Below are positions 30,049 to 38,516 of a DNA stretch of 64,000 nt, piece after piece. A program made the position numbers and the translations under genes. This DNA comes from Patescibacteria group bacterium (GTDB lineage: Bacteria > Patescibacteriota > Microgenomatia > UBA1400 > MFAQ01), in NCBI GenBank assembly GCA_943355005.1, contig CALRDV010000001.1, positions 242,059 through 306,058 of the forward strand. Direction: 5' to 3'. Under the pieces are notes generated by a model that ran no database searches, was not told the DNA's origin, and was given only the letters and a program-made list of their open reading frames with translations. Position 1 is the stretch's first letter, and each line of letters starts with the position of its first letter.

Positions 30049-30696
30049 TTATTTATTCCAATTGGCAAGCCATGATCTCATCATTTCTATTTCACGAGTT
30101 TGAGCAGTGACAATATCGTCTGCTAGTTTTTTCATTTCAGGACGAGTCGTGCCATCCTTTAACATGCTTGCCATCATCACGGCCATTTGATGGTGTGGAA
30201 TCATGTCTTCAACAAAAGCGCGGTCAAAATCTTGAGCATCTTCTAGTCGTGTTGCGTCTGAGTCGTTGCCCATCATTCCCATATGCATGGAGGACGTGCT
30301 ACCCATCATGCCGTGCTGGTTCATGACTGCTCTGCCTGTAGGTAGGTCTTTCCCAAACCAAGATTTGTACCAAGATTTCATCTGGTCGATTTCTTTGCCT
30401 TGAGAATCAATTATGTTCTCTGCCAGCTGTTTTACTTCCGGAGTCTTAGCCTTTGTTTGAGCGAGCTTAGCCATGGTAATGGCATCCTCGTGATGAGGGA
30501 TCATTTGCTCGATAAAGTGGGCGTCAAGCTGGGAAGATTGCGTATTATTTGACTGATTAAAAGAAGAGAATCCCATCATTCGCATCATGCCGTAATTATT
30601 TGACCGGACACCTGAAGATATACTCAACCAGACCAGTACACCGCCGATAATCACACCTACAAATCCATACGTTATGTTATTATTTTTCATGTTCAC
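30049..30696 (-). CDS. DUF305 metal-resistance protein (second paralog)
   Basis: MIPHHEDAI and MIPHHQMAV repeats and an N-terminal anchor. Confidence 0.75.
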   Translation of the reverse strand: MNMKNNNITYGFVGVIIGGVLVWLSISSGVRSNNYGMMRMMGFSSFNQSNNTQSSQLDAHFIEQMIPHHEDAITMAKLAQTKAKTPEVKQLAENIIDSQGKEIDQMKSWYKSWFGKDLPTGRAVMNQHGMMGSTSSMHMGMMGNDSDATRLEDAQDFDRAFVEDMIPHHQMAVMMASMLKDGTTRPEMKKLADDIVTAQTREIEMMRSWLANWNK

Positions 30697-30767
30697 CCTC
30701 CTTAAGTTTCCAGATATAACAAGTCTTATCCCATCATACTACACGGGAGGAAATATGTTTCAAAGAG

Positions 30768-31157
30768 CTATTTAACAATGAGCGTGCCATTACCCATATT
30801 ATTTGCACAGTGCATCCTAAATTGTCCTGGTTTATCTGCAATAAATTCCAGCACATTACTTTCCGGGGTTATGTCTTTGCTTAATTCATAACCATCAATA
30901 ATAAGTCTACCCATGGATCCGGTGAGTGTGTTTGAATCTGCTTCGATTCTCACTTTTGTACCTAATTTTACCTTGACTGTTTTTGGTGTGTAATCGCCGT
31001 TTTGTAGGCTGGACAGTTTAATAGTTGTTAATTCATCTGTTTGAACAACATTATTTTGAGTATCTGTTTTCAGGTCAACTGGACTTGTCTGTTTCCATAT
31101 AATGAAGCCGGAAATAATTAGTACTACTACGATGATGAGCGGTTTATTTATTTTCAT
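30768..31157 (-). CDS. Secreted or anchored cupredoxin-like single-domain protein (RMHCANNMGNG)
   Basis: A signal anchor and a beta-sandwich homologous to the C-terminal repeats of the protein at 24568-26382. Confidence 0.5.
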   Translation of the reverse strand: MKINKPLIIVVVLIISGFIIWKQTSPVDLKTDTQNNVVQTDELTTIKLSSLQNGDYTPKTVKVKLGTKVRIEADSNTLTGSMGRLIIDGYELSKDITPESNVLEFIADKPGQFRMHCANNMGNGTLIVK

Positions 31158-31181
31158 ATAATTAATTTTACCGATTTAGTT

Positions 31182-31201
31182 ATTAAGAATTTATGAAGAT
31201 A
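31182..31201. promoter_or_regulatory. Island motif copy 2: ATTAAGAATTTATGAAGATA, upstream of the cupredoxin-like gene
   Basis: 18/20 match to the consensus. Confidence 0.55.
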
Positions 31202-31204
31202 GAG

Positions 31205-31432
31205 CTAGTGCTTATGTCCGCCATTTCGCATCATTAATATATGCATGAGTGGGCATGCTAGTATTGCTCCAAAGTACACCACATTTGTTAGTGGTACTGC
31301 GAATACTTTAACTGCTATTAATATCACCACAGCTACTCCTAGGCATATAAGCAGCCATTTTGTCTTTTTTTGAGTATTCTCATTGGTTGAATGATCCATT
31401 TTTGAATGATCCATATCTAACCTCCTTACCAT
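31205..31432 (-). CDS. DUF2933-like small membrane protein (ACPLMHILMMRNGGHKH)
   Basis: One TM segment and the C-terminal CPLMH..MM..GH motif typical of metal-island DUF2933 proteins. Confidence 0.5.
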   Translation of the reverse strand: MVRRLDMDHSKMDHSTNENTQKKTKWLLICLGVAVVILIAVKVFAVPLTNVVYFGAILACPLMHILMMRNGGHKH

Positions 31433-31449
31433 GATTATAGAAAAGACCA

Positions 31450-31469
31450 GATTAAGAAAGTATGAAGAT
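31450..31469. promoter_or_regulatory. Island motif copy 3: ATTAAGAAAGTATGAAGATT, upstream of the DUF2933 gene
   Basis: 17/20 match. Confidence 0.55.
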
Positions 31470-32929
31470 TAGGACTTGGCTTTCAGAGGAAGCGATATGG
31501 TGACGTGTGTTCCCTTACCGACTTTGCTTGCTATTGAAATAGTGCCACCGTGGGACTCTATGATTCCTTGAGCAATTGCGAGTCCAAGACCTGAGCCAAG
31601 TGTTTTAGCAGTTTTTGACCCACGATAGAAACGGTCGAATATATGGGGTAGGTCTTTTTCTAGAATGCCATTGCCTGAATCAATAACTTCAACCACCGCC
31701 TCACTGTTTTTGGTACGCAGAAAAATAGAAATTGTCTCATTCTTCGGCGTATATTTCACTGCGTTATCGAGGATATTAAGAATTGCGCGGGAAAGTTTGT
31801 CTTCTGATCCGGTAACCTGAATGCCTTCGGCAATATGACTTTTGACCGTGATATGTTTTTGAGCGGCTAGTTTGACGGCAATATCTTTCAGTTCCACAAG
31901 TACAGCCGTAAGATCAGTTTGTTGATTCGTACTTATTGCCTTGTCGGCGCCGATCCACGCTAAATCGAGAATGTTTCTGATCGTAGTAGACAATCGATTG
32001 ACATCGATAAGTGTTTCTCCAAACGCATTTTTATATTCCTCATTCGTGCGTTTTTTTGACAACGCTAACTCAATTTCTCCTTTTAACGTAGCTACTGGTG
32101 TTTTCAGTTCATGGGCAACGTCACCGATAAATTGACGTTCTCTTTTAAAAGATTCGTGAAGTCTTTGGAGTAATTCGTTAAACGTTACTGCAAGTTCTGA
32201 CACTTCATCTTCGGTATTGGGAACAGCTACGTGTCGATTCAAATCTTGGCTAGTAATTGATTGGAGGTCTGAAGATATCTTCTGAATCGGTTGTAAGGCG
32301 CTTTTTGCCAGTAAATAGCTCCCGATTATTGCAGGGATTGCGATAAGGAGATAAACCGCGGTCAGAGTCAAAATCAGGCTTTTGAAGGAGTCGTAGATTG
32401 CATCAACCGGATCACCCATAAAAATAAGACCGTTCGATTCACCATTTTGTATTATGGGGAATACGCCAATCCGGAGTGTTGTTGTGCCAATACGGCGTTC
32501 TACAAAGGTAGGTTTTATGATATTACTGGACTTTTCAATAAGGTCTTTAAGTATAGTATTTTCGTCCGCTCCGACTTGAGAACTGCCCGTAATTTTCCCG
32601 GATTTGTCGGTAATAAGGACGAGCATTCCCGGCATTTCCATAAATTGCTGACTAATAATTCCTTGGTTAAAAACTCCTTGAGCCATGCTCGGCTGTTCAT
32701 CTCCCACCATCTTCGTTAGCGTTTCTGCATGGGCAATGATCGAACGGTCTGTTTGGTTAAGAAGTGTCTGCTTGGTGATGTAGAAAAATACGGCAAAAAC
32801 AATAGCTGTACTGACAAAGAAAGCAATTGAATACCAAAGTGTTAGACGAAATCGGATTGATTTTTTATTCATGTTATCCAATCTTATACCCCACGCCGTG
32901 AACGGTCTGGATAAGCTTAACCTTTGCAC
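31469..32929 (-). CDS. Sensor histidine kinase (two TM segments, periplasmic domain, HAMP, HisKA, HATPase_c). The likely start is at 32872.
   Basis: H-box VAHELKTP and G1/G2 boxes (DSGNGI, GSGLGLAIA). Confidence 0.85.
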   Translation of the reverse strand: MQRLSLSRPFTAWGIRLDNMNKKSIRFRLTLWYSIAFFVSTAIVFAVFFYITKQTLLNQTDRSIIAHAETLTKMVGDEQPSMAQGVFNQGIISQQFMEMPGMLVLITDKSGKITGSSQVGADENTILKDLIEKSSNIIKPTFVERRIGTTTLRIGVFPIIQNGESNGLIFMGDPVDAIYDSFKSLILTLTAVYLLIAIPAIIGSYLLAKSALQPIQKISSDLQSITSQDLNRHVAVPNTEDEVSELAVTFNELLQRLHESFKRERQFIGDVAHELKTPVATLKGEIELALSKKRTNEEYKNAFGETLIDVNRLSTTIRNILDLAWIGADKAISTNQQTDLTAVLVELKDIAVKLAAQKHITVKSHIAEGIQVTGSEDKLSRAILNILDNAVKYTPKNETISIFLRTKNSEAVVEVIDSGNGILEKDLPHIFDRFYRGSKTAKTLGSGLGLAIAQGIIESHGGTISIASKVGKGTHVTISLPLKAKS

Positions 32930-33539
32930 CGGTATCTACTTTTTTCCTGAGAGTGCCGACAAACACATCAACCACGTTACTCATACCATCAAAATTGTAA
33001 TCCCAGACATGCTCGATAATCATCGTACGTGATACGACTTCTCCCTTATGGCGCATAAGGAGCTCAAGAACCGCAAATTCTTTCGGGGTGAGGGTGATAG
33101 CCTTATTCGCTCTTTGCACACTGTGTTTTAGTGGATCGAGAATAAGATCATTTTCAGACAAAATCGGTGATATATCCTGATGACTGCGGCGAATGAGGGC
33201 GTGTACTCGTGAGCGAAACTCAACGAAAGAGAATGGCTTGGTTATATAGTCGTCAGCACCGCTATCAAGTCCGGCGACTTTATCTTCTAATGTAGATTTA
33301 GCGGTGAGCATAAGCACAGGGGTCTTAATACTCTTTTTACGCAGTTCTTTACACACTTGTAGACCGTCAAGTTTGGGAAGCATGATATCGAGCACAATAA
33401 GGTCGTACTGCTCACTTTCGGCCAAATATTGACCTTCTTCACCGTCAAATGCTTGATCAACAGCAAAGCCGTCCTCGATAAAACCCTTTTTGATGATATT
33501 GGAGAGACGACGTTCGTCTTCGACAATTAAGACTCTCAT
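32874..33539 (-). CDS. OmpR-family response regulator (REC domain plus winged helix)
   Basis: MRVLIVEDE...DIMLPKLDG...; C-terminal trans_reg_C domain. Confidence 0.9.
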   Translation of the reverse strand: MRVLIVEDERRLSNIIKKGFIEDGFAVDQAFDGEEGQYLAESEQYDLIVLDIMLPKLDGLQVCKELRKKSIKTPVLMLTAKSTLEDKVAGLDSGADDYITKPFSFVEFRSRVHALIRRSHQDISPILSENDLILDPLKHSVQRANKAITLTPKEFAVLELLMRHKGEVVSRTMIIEHVWDYNFDGMSNVVDVFVGTLRKKVDTGAKVKLIQTVHGVGYKIG

Positions 33540-33550
33540 GAATCTATTAT

Positions 33551-33580
33551 ATTAAAAATTCATGAAGAAATCATTAAGAC
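33551..33580. promoter_or_regulatory. Island motif copy 4: ATTAAAAATTCATGAAGAAA plus a third half-site (TCATTAAGAC), upstream of the response-regulator gene
   Basis: Three AAGA-type half-sites at about 11-bp phasing. Confidence 0.5.
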
Positions 33581-33592
33581 TCGGTTTTAGGT

Positions 33593-33859
33593 CTACTTTT
33601 TTAGAAAGCTGTTATAGCTTGCGGCAAAGAGATAACCAGCAACCCACGCGGACGCGACCGCCGATATTAGCCCCACGATAAAGTTCCCTGTTGATATGCT
33701 CCAAGAGCCAATCGTGAGCCCATGGAACCAGGATTGTGCAATAGACATCATAAGATCAGGAAATAGACCGACCAACAGTCTACATACTACGTAGATAATA
33801 CCGACCGTTGTTGCGGCTGCGTTTGCTGTGGTCATAGGATTATGTTTCATGATGTTCAC
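33593..33859 (-). CDS. Small membrane protein, unknown
   Basis: ORF with two hydrophobic helices. Confidence 0.25.
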   Translation of the reverse strand: MNIMKHNPMTTANAAATTVGIIYVVCRLLVGLFPDLMMSIAQSWFHGLTIGSWSISTGNFIVGLISAVASAWVAGYLFAASYNSFLKK

Positions 33860-34358
33860 CTCCCTCTATACGAATAAAATATTTTTGCGTTCCGTAGAGC
33901 ATTTGTTGGACACACCATTTGGCATACCATCCGCTTAACAGCTTGCCAAGCCAGACGAAAGATTTTGGCAATTCATAGTCAATGGATACGGTAAGCTTAG
34001 AGCCCGAGCCATCAGGTTCAATTTCTACTTTCATCTGATACTGACCGATGATGAGAAGCTTTGGAGTGCCGACTGTTTTCCAAACCTTACGGTGTGGTGG
34101 AACATGCTCAGTTACCACTTCGTCCAGCGATATATAGATTCCAAACACTTTGCCGTCCATTTTGATATGAGATCCTACAGCCTTCCCTTTAAGCTCATCA
34201 ACATAGGTGTTCATTTTGCCGCCACCCATCATTGGACTTGCGGTATTCATGTGGGAGGAAAATTTATTATGGTCGTCGATATAATCAAATACTTCAGAAG
34301 GGGCAGCTAAAATCTTTGCGCTTTCACTATATGTGCGAACCTTCGATTGTGATGTCAT
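33840..34358 (-). CDS. SRPBCC-like hypothetical protein
   Basis: Weak fold-level resemblance. Confidence 0.35.
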   Translation of the reverse strand: MTSQSKVRTYSESAKILAAPSEVFDYIDDHNKFSSHMNTASPMMGGGKMNTYVDELKGKAVGSHIKMDGKVFGIYISLDEVVTEHVPPHRKVWKTVGTPKLLIIGQYQMKVEIEPDGSGSKLTVSIDYELPKSFVWLGKLLSGWYAKWCVQQMLYGTQKYFIRIEGGEHHET

Positions 34359-34361
34359 AGG

Positions 34362-34664
34362 TTAGGACTTATCTAGTTCTTTAATCATAATATCAGGAAT
34401 TTCCCCAATAGTGGATGTTGATAGTCGGTAATACATATTTTTCCCATCCCGTCTTGACGTTACTATGCCTACATTTTTTAATACCATGAGATGTTGTGAA
34501 ATATTTGATTGTCGATACTTCATGAAACTAACGAGCTCGTGCACATTTAATTCTTGCTTTCTCAGTAGCGACACTATGTTAAGACGCTTAGCATTAGCAA
34601 AGGCCTTAAAGATTTGCAATTCCTTTGTAAACATTACTGAAGTCATATGACTTAGACTCCACAT
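34362..34664 (-). CDS. ArsR/SmtB-family transcriptional regulator with no Cys residues
   Basis: A winged HTH typical of ArsR. There is no canonical Cys metal site. Confidence 0.7.
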   Translation of the reverse strand: MWSLSHMTSVMFTKELQIFKAFANAKRLNIVSLLRKQELNVHELVSFMKYRQSNISQHLMVLKNVGIVTSRRDGKNMYYRLSTSTIGEIPDIMIKELDKS

Positions 34665-35626
34665 CCACCACCTTGTTTAGGTGGTTGTTGTATAAGGCCT
34701 TTATCAGCTAACCATTGCTTGGCACTTTGCCAACCGGAAGCAGAAGAATAGTCTTTGCTTAATAAGGTTTTCGCATCAATATCTTTGAATGACTTACCCT
34801 CTTTGTTCTGAAAGTAGAGCGCCAAATCGTAATAATTGCCAGGGAACCAGAATGCATTCACATATTTAGCAGCTTCATACATTTCTTTTTCGGTTGCGCC
34901 ATTACTGGCCATGAGTTGCAGTACTCCTAAAAGTGCCATCCCGTGATTGCAGTCTGGAAATGCGGTCGAATTATTACAGCACGGTCTATAGATGTTTGAG
35001 GCCACCTGCTCAACTAATGCTTCCTGTTCTTTTGTAAGCGGAATGAGGGTAGATTTAGAGTAATAGTTCATGGCATTTCCCTTTGAGAGACTCCAACCAC
35101 CGGTTGAAGCAAAGTTGCCGGCACCCTCTTTGCCACCATATTTGATCATTTCTCCTTCATCTAAAATCTTAGATTTGTTAGCCAGCCCTACCGCCCAGAA
35201 GTAATTAAGGAGAAAATATGAATTCTCTCGAGTAATGGATATTGTCTCATCTGAACCTTTTGAGAGTATCAGCTCTTGCTCTGGAGTGAGTGGTTGATTG
35301 GACTTTTCATAAGTGTTTTTAAACTTGTCCGGATCGATAACTCCCATTGCAATCATTTTCGGACCGAGCTGGCCATAACTAGCATTAATTTTGAAGCCTG
35401 AAACAGGATTTACTTCGTCAAATACGTTGTCTTTATTTGCAGTCGATACTTGTGTTGTAGTTGATTTACTCACTGACTTAAACCCATTTGCTCTCCATAT
35501 TGATAACTTTGGGGCAAGTAAGACGGCTGCAAGAACAGTATTGGCTACGACACTGACGAGAAGGATTGGGAATAATTTATTTTTCACCTTGGCCTCCTTT
35601 GTAGCGCAGCAGTTTATAAAAGGCAT
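34652..35626 (-). CDS. Secreted Cys-containing protein of unknown function
   Basis: A signal anchor, CC/CN..C motifs and a C-terminal GGGCGV. Confidence 0.3.
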   Translation of the reverse strand: MPFINCCATKEAKVKNKLFPILLVSVVANTVLAAVLLAPKLSIWRANGFKSVSKSTTTQVSTANKDNVFDEVNPVSGFKINASYGQLGPKMIAMGVIDPDKFKNTYEKSNQPLTPEQELILSKGSDETISITRENSYFLLNYFWAVGLANKSKILDEGEMIKYGGKEGAGNFASTGGWSLSKGNAMNYYSKSTLIPLTKEQEALVEQVASNIYRPCCNNSTAFPDCNHGMALLGVLQLMASNGATEKEMYEAAKYVNAFWFPGNYYDLALYFQNKEGKSFKDIDAKTLLSKDYSSASGWQSAKQWLADKGLIQQPPKQGGGCGV

Positions 35627-36404
35627 ACAGGACTATTCCAAACACTGCCAGGTCAACCAGTGGGTTTTGGAAATATTTGGCGATCTCAAAAACAATCATT
35701 CGGATTTTTATGCTGTAGGGCTCCATCTGATTCATTTGAATCTTGCCAAGGTAATTAAAAATAGCAATCAGTATGCCTGTCAGGAAAAAGATTCCGGCTC
35801 CCAGATTTTTTAGTACCGTGTAGATTTTCTGCCTATTGGCCCCCGTGACTTTTCCAGTAGCTTTCTCATAGCACATCGACATGATAAAGAGGGGCATCAC
35901 GATACCAACGACATAGGCAAGAGATACTATTAATGCCTGGAATAGCGAAGGTGAAAGCGACGTTAACGTTACTGCGGCAAAAAGGACAGGCGCACAGCAG
36001 GCTGAGGTAAGGCCAGACATAAGGCCTAATCCAAACACACTTGCTGTATTTACTTTCTTGCCCTGTAATCCAGAGACGTGGAAAAACTGTGGCAAGTGAA
36101 AGACGGGTTTTAAGGTCATAACACCCATGAGTATCATGATGAGGGCTCCTAGATAGTAGATGGGTGTGTGATATGCATCTAAGAAAAATATAGCTGAACG
36201 AATGCCTAGCGCGATGGGAACGAGCACGAATGCGAGACCAAGCGCAAAGATAAGCGTGTAGTACATGATCCGTCCTCGTTCTTTAAAGATTGTGCCTAGA
36301 TATGAGGGCAGTAGGAACGTAATACAGCATGGGGCAAATAATGCCAAAACTCCCGCGAGGAACGAGGCCGTTAACGAGATGCCGAAGAGAAAGTTTGTAT
36401 CCAT
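35577..36404 (-). CDS. CcdA/DsbD-family membrane protein with paired Cys (PCC, ACCAP)
   Basis: Six to eight TM segments with Cys pairs in TM1 and TM4. Confidence 0.5.
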   Translation of the reverse strand: MDTNFLFGISLTASFLAGVLALFAPCCITFLLPSYLGTIFKERGRIMYYTLIFALGLAFVLVPIALGIRSAIFFLDAYHTPIYYLGALIMILMGVMTLKPVFHLPQFFHVSGLQGKKVNTASVFGLGLMSGLTSACCAPVLFAAVTLTSLSPSLFQALIVSLAYVVGIVMPLFIMSMCYEKATGKVTGANRQKIYTVLKNLGAGIFFLTGILIAIFNYLGKIQMNQMEPYSIKIRMIVFEIAKYFQNPLVDLAVFGIVLYAFYKLLRYKGGQGEK

Positions 36405-36406
36405 AG

Positions 36407-36904
36407 TTATTTGACCTTTGCCGTAATGCTAAATATCAATTTCGAGTTTGCAGGATCATTGGTCTCTACATATACTTCGCGTTCAACTAGCCCGTACACC
36501 GGCATTGAGGCTGGCCTGTAGGTTAGACGAATGGTGGCGGTATCACCTGGGGCAATTTCGGTGACAAACCCGCTCTGGGTATGCATGCTGTACTCTTTAC
36601 TGGTTTTACCTTGGTAGATAATCTGTCCGGCAGTACAGCCGCAACTTGAATTAACATTCAGGATTTGTAGTGGCTTGGTACCAGCGTTCTTAACTGTGTA
36701 GTCTTCAACTTTAACATCAGACACTTTTATCTCACCAAGATTTCTTGAAGTATTACTCGTTTCAGCCTTAGGGCGATCGGTGTCTTGCGTTGCAAATGAA
36801 GCTGTTGCAGGAGTAGGTGTCTGACCGGCAGTCAAAAGAAAAGCAATTCCAACAACCGAGGCTATAAAGACGAGCATCCAGATAATTAACGTTTTTGGTG
36901 ACAT
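36407..36904 (-). CDS. DUF1573 domain protein (CGCT motif)
   Basis: A TM anchor and SSCGCTAGQI, typical of DUF1573. Confidence 0.6.
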   Translation of the reverse strand: MSPKTLIIWMLVFIASVVGIAFLLTAGQTPTPATASFATQDTDRPKAETSNTSRNLGEIKVSDVKVEDYTVKNAGTKPLQILNVNSSCGCTAGQIIYQGKTSKEYSMHTQSGFVTEIAPGDTATIRLTYRPASMPVYGLVEREVYVETNDPANSKLIFSITAKVK

Positions 36905-36905
36905 A

Positions 36906-37199
36906 TTAGTTTATATAATTAAATGTTTTTATAAATTCAGTAATATTTTGTTGCGATTCGTCTGGTTTATGTTGTTTCTTTAATCTATTTGCTATGCAAA
37001 CCACAAGGTGATGAATGGCTAATCGGCGGTTCACATACCTCAATTGCGTCATGGCAACTACTAATTGCGTGTGTGCTAATTCCCAATCAATTCCGGCTTC
37101 CATTTGATCAATTAATTTACTGACAATATCCTTTACCAAACGTAATCTTCGGATCAATTCCTGCTTATCTAGGTCTTGAGACTTGATATTCATAGTCAA
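36906..37199 (-). CDS. Hypothetical small protein
   Basis: ORF. It is the first gene of an operon preceded by motif copy 5. Confidence 0.3.
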   Translation of the reverse strand: MTMNIKSQDLDKQELIRRLRLVKDIVSKLIDQMEAGIDWELAHTQLVVAMTQLRYVNRRLAIHHLVVCIANRLKKQHKPDESQQNITEFIKTFNYIN

Positions 37200-37216
37200 A
37201 TCGTACTCCTGCCGAT

Positions 37217-37236
37217 ATTAAGATTTTATGAAGATT
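37217..37236. promoter_or_regulatory. Island motif copy 5: ATTAAGATTTTATGAAGATT, upstream of the DUF1573/CcdA/ArsR operon
   Basis: Exact 20-mer identical to copy 1. Confidence 0.6.
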
Positions 37237-37252
37237 ACTAAGGCAGTTAAGA

Positions 37253-37273
37253 AGGGGTCTTACCCCTCTTTTT
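37253..37273 (+). terminator. Hairpin (AGGGGT-CTT-ACCCCT) plus a T-run
   Basis: Read directly. It is plus-strand oriented and lies 17 nt after motif copy 5. Confidence 0.4.
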
Positions 37274-37356
37274 GCAAGGGTTTTCGCTTCGCTTCAATAA
37301 ACTTCGTTTCACTACGCCCTTGCAAAATTTCACCCTGCTTTGGGTTCCCCTGGTAT

Positions 37357-37378
37357 GGGAAGCATGGGCATGCTTCCC
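37357..37378. repeat. Perfect 10-bp-arm palindrome GGGAAGCATG-GG-CATGCTTCCC in the non-coding region preceding the DUF2958-like gene
   Basis: Read directly. A larger IR (GCAAGGG...CCCTTGC) lies at 37274-37323. Confidence 0.4.
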
Positions 37379-37421
37379 AACTATTAATTTTCGGGAAGAA
37401 GCCAAAAGGAGGTGAGAAATT

Positions 37422-37736
37422 ATGAAACTACTTACAAAAGGACTACTAGAGAGGTTTGCCAAGCTAGGCAGACAAGAAGACAGCAGCGATCCTGTTGTGG
37501 TTGCGAAATTCTTTAACCCAACAGGCGCGGGTACATGGTACGCGACCGAATACGACCCAGAAGAGAAAATATTCTTCGGTTATGTCTCGATTTTTGGAGA
37601 CTGGAACGACGAATGGGGTTCTTTTTCTCTGGATGAGCTGGAAAGCTATCGCGGCCAGTTAGGTTTAGGGATAGAGCGAGATCTCTACTTTGGGGAAAAG
37701 AGAATTAGTGAGGTTATGCCAAAAGCAAAATTATAA
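37422..37736 (+). CDS. DUF2958-like protein (conjugative-element associated)
   Basis: FFNPTGAGTWYATEYD...FGYVSIFG...SL.ELE..RG.LGL.IERDL pattern and a strong RBS (AAAGGAGGTG). Confidence 0.45.
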   Translation: MKLLTKGLLERFAKLGRQEDSSDPVVVAKFFNPTGAGTWYATEYDPEEKIFFGYVSIFGDWNDEWGSFSLDELESYRGQLGLGIERDLYFGEKRISEVMPKAKL

Positions 37737-37746
37737 ATATTGGATC

Positions 37747-37772
37747 CACCGCGGGGCCCCAACCCCGCGGAT
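37747..37772. terminator. GC-rich hairpin CCGCGGGG-CCCCAA-CCCCGCGG
   Basis: A perfect 8-bp stem. It is intergenic if the downstream gene starts at 37797. Confidence 0.3.
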
Positions 37773-37796
37773 GGGTATTCAAGAAAGGAAAAATAT

Positions 37797-37995
37797 GATC
37801 AGAATATTACCAGTTTTTAAAGGTTACACTGTGGATATGCGGTTGCAGGAGTTTCGTAAAATTGAAATGGATAAATTGCCCGAGTTTATTCCATTCCTTA
37901 GTGATAAAGGGGCCGAATTATTTTATGAGTTCCGCCAGACGGAAGAAGGACGTAAAGAGCTGAATAGGTTCCTCGGACGAAGTGAAGATTACTAG
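37797..37995 (+). CDS. Small hypothetical protein (MIRILPVFKGY...), with an AGGAAA RBS
   Basis: ORF with an RBS. The longer track ORF reads through the upstream hairpin. Confidence 0.3.
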
Positions 37996-38018
37996 CTTAA
38001 AAGGTCTATAATAAAGGC

Positions 38019-38516
38019 ATGATTAAGAAAATAAGCCTATTGATCGTACTTTTATTGTTGGTATCTGGTGGATATAATTTCTTCACCAAACCCAACGAAG
38101 AAAATTTTAAAGCTCCTGGGAAAGACTGGGAATCAGCCAAAAAGGTAGAAGATTATTTCATTGAGCGCCTTAATATGTCCGTAGCCGAGGCAGAGCAAAT
38201 TAGATCGAAGCCAGGAGTAGACGGAACAGCAGATTTAAGGATTAGTACAGAGGTTACACTCGACGCTCTTATAGGGAATCTTTTCTATTACGGCTTTGTA
38301 CGAGACGAAAAAGCATTCAGATACGCTTTGGAACACACAAAAGACACCACGCCAAGCGATAAAGCAATTAAAGTGGGCAAGGATGGCACAATAGATACCA
38401 ACGCAGAATATAGAATTTCAGAAAACATGACTGCCTGGGAAATGGCTGATCTACTCTTGAACAAACCCGCCGGACACTTTCCATTTGATGAATATAACTA
38501 TTTCTTCATGCCGTAG
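38019..38516 (+). CDS. Secreted hypothetical protein
   Basis: A signal peptide and ORF. Confidence 0.3.
   Translation: MIKKISLLIVLLLLVSGGYNFFTKPNEENFKAPGKDWESAKKVEDYFIERLNMSVAEAEQIRSKPGVDGTADLRISTEVTLDALIGNLFYYGFVRDEKAFRYALEHTKDTTPSDKAIKVGKDGTIDTNAEYRISENMTAWEMADLLLNKPAGHFPFDEYNYFFMP

Noticed and set aside
37366-37378. The 13-mer GGGCATGCTTCCC is shared between the 37.3-kb palindrome and the serS leader (50139-50151), which suggested a dispersed repeat family.
   Set aside because: Dozens of exact 13-mer coincidences are expected by chance in 64 kb on two strands, and the flanks do not match, so this is not evidence of a repeat element.
37228-37425. 65-aa plus-strand ORF beginning with the ATG inside motif copy 5.
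   Set aside because: It reads straight through a terminator hairpin and two palindromes and has no RBS; this is a non-coding structured region. The ATG is part of the conserved motif.
37738-37775. GGATCCACCGCGGGGCCCCAACCCCGCGGATGG resembles a cloning polylinker (BamHI, SacII and ApaI sites), which raised the possibility of vector contamination.
   Set aside because: It does not match any common MCS order and forms a perfect 8-bp hairpin in an intergenic position. It is more likely a natural GC-rich terminator or attenuator.
37690-37995. The track ORF start at 37690 for the small gene downstream of the DUF2958-like gene.
   Set aside because: The 5' part is encoded by the GC hairpin and overlaps the previous gene. 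The ATG at 37797 with an AGGAAA RBS is the more plausible start.
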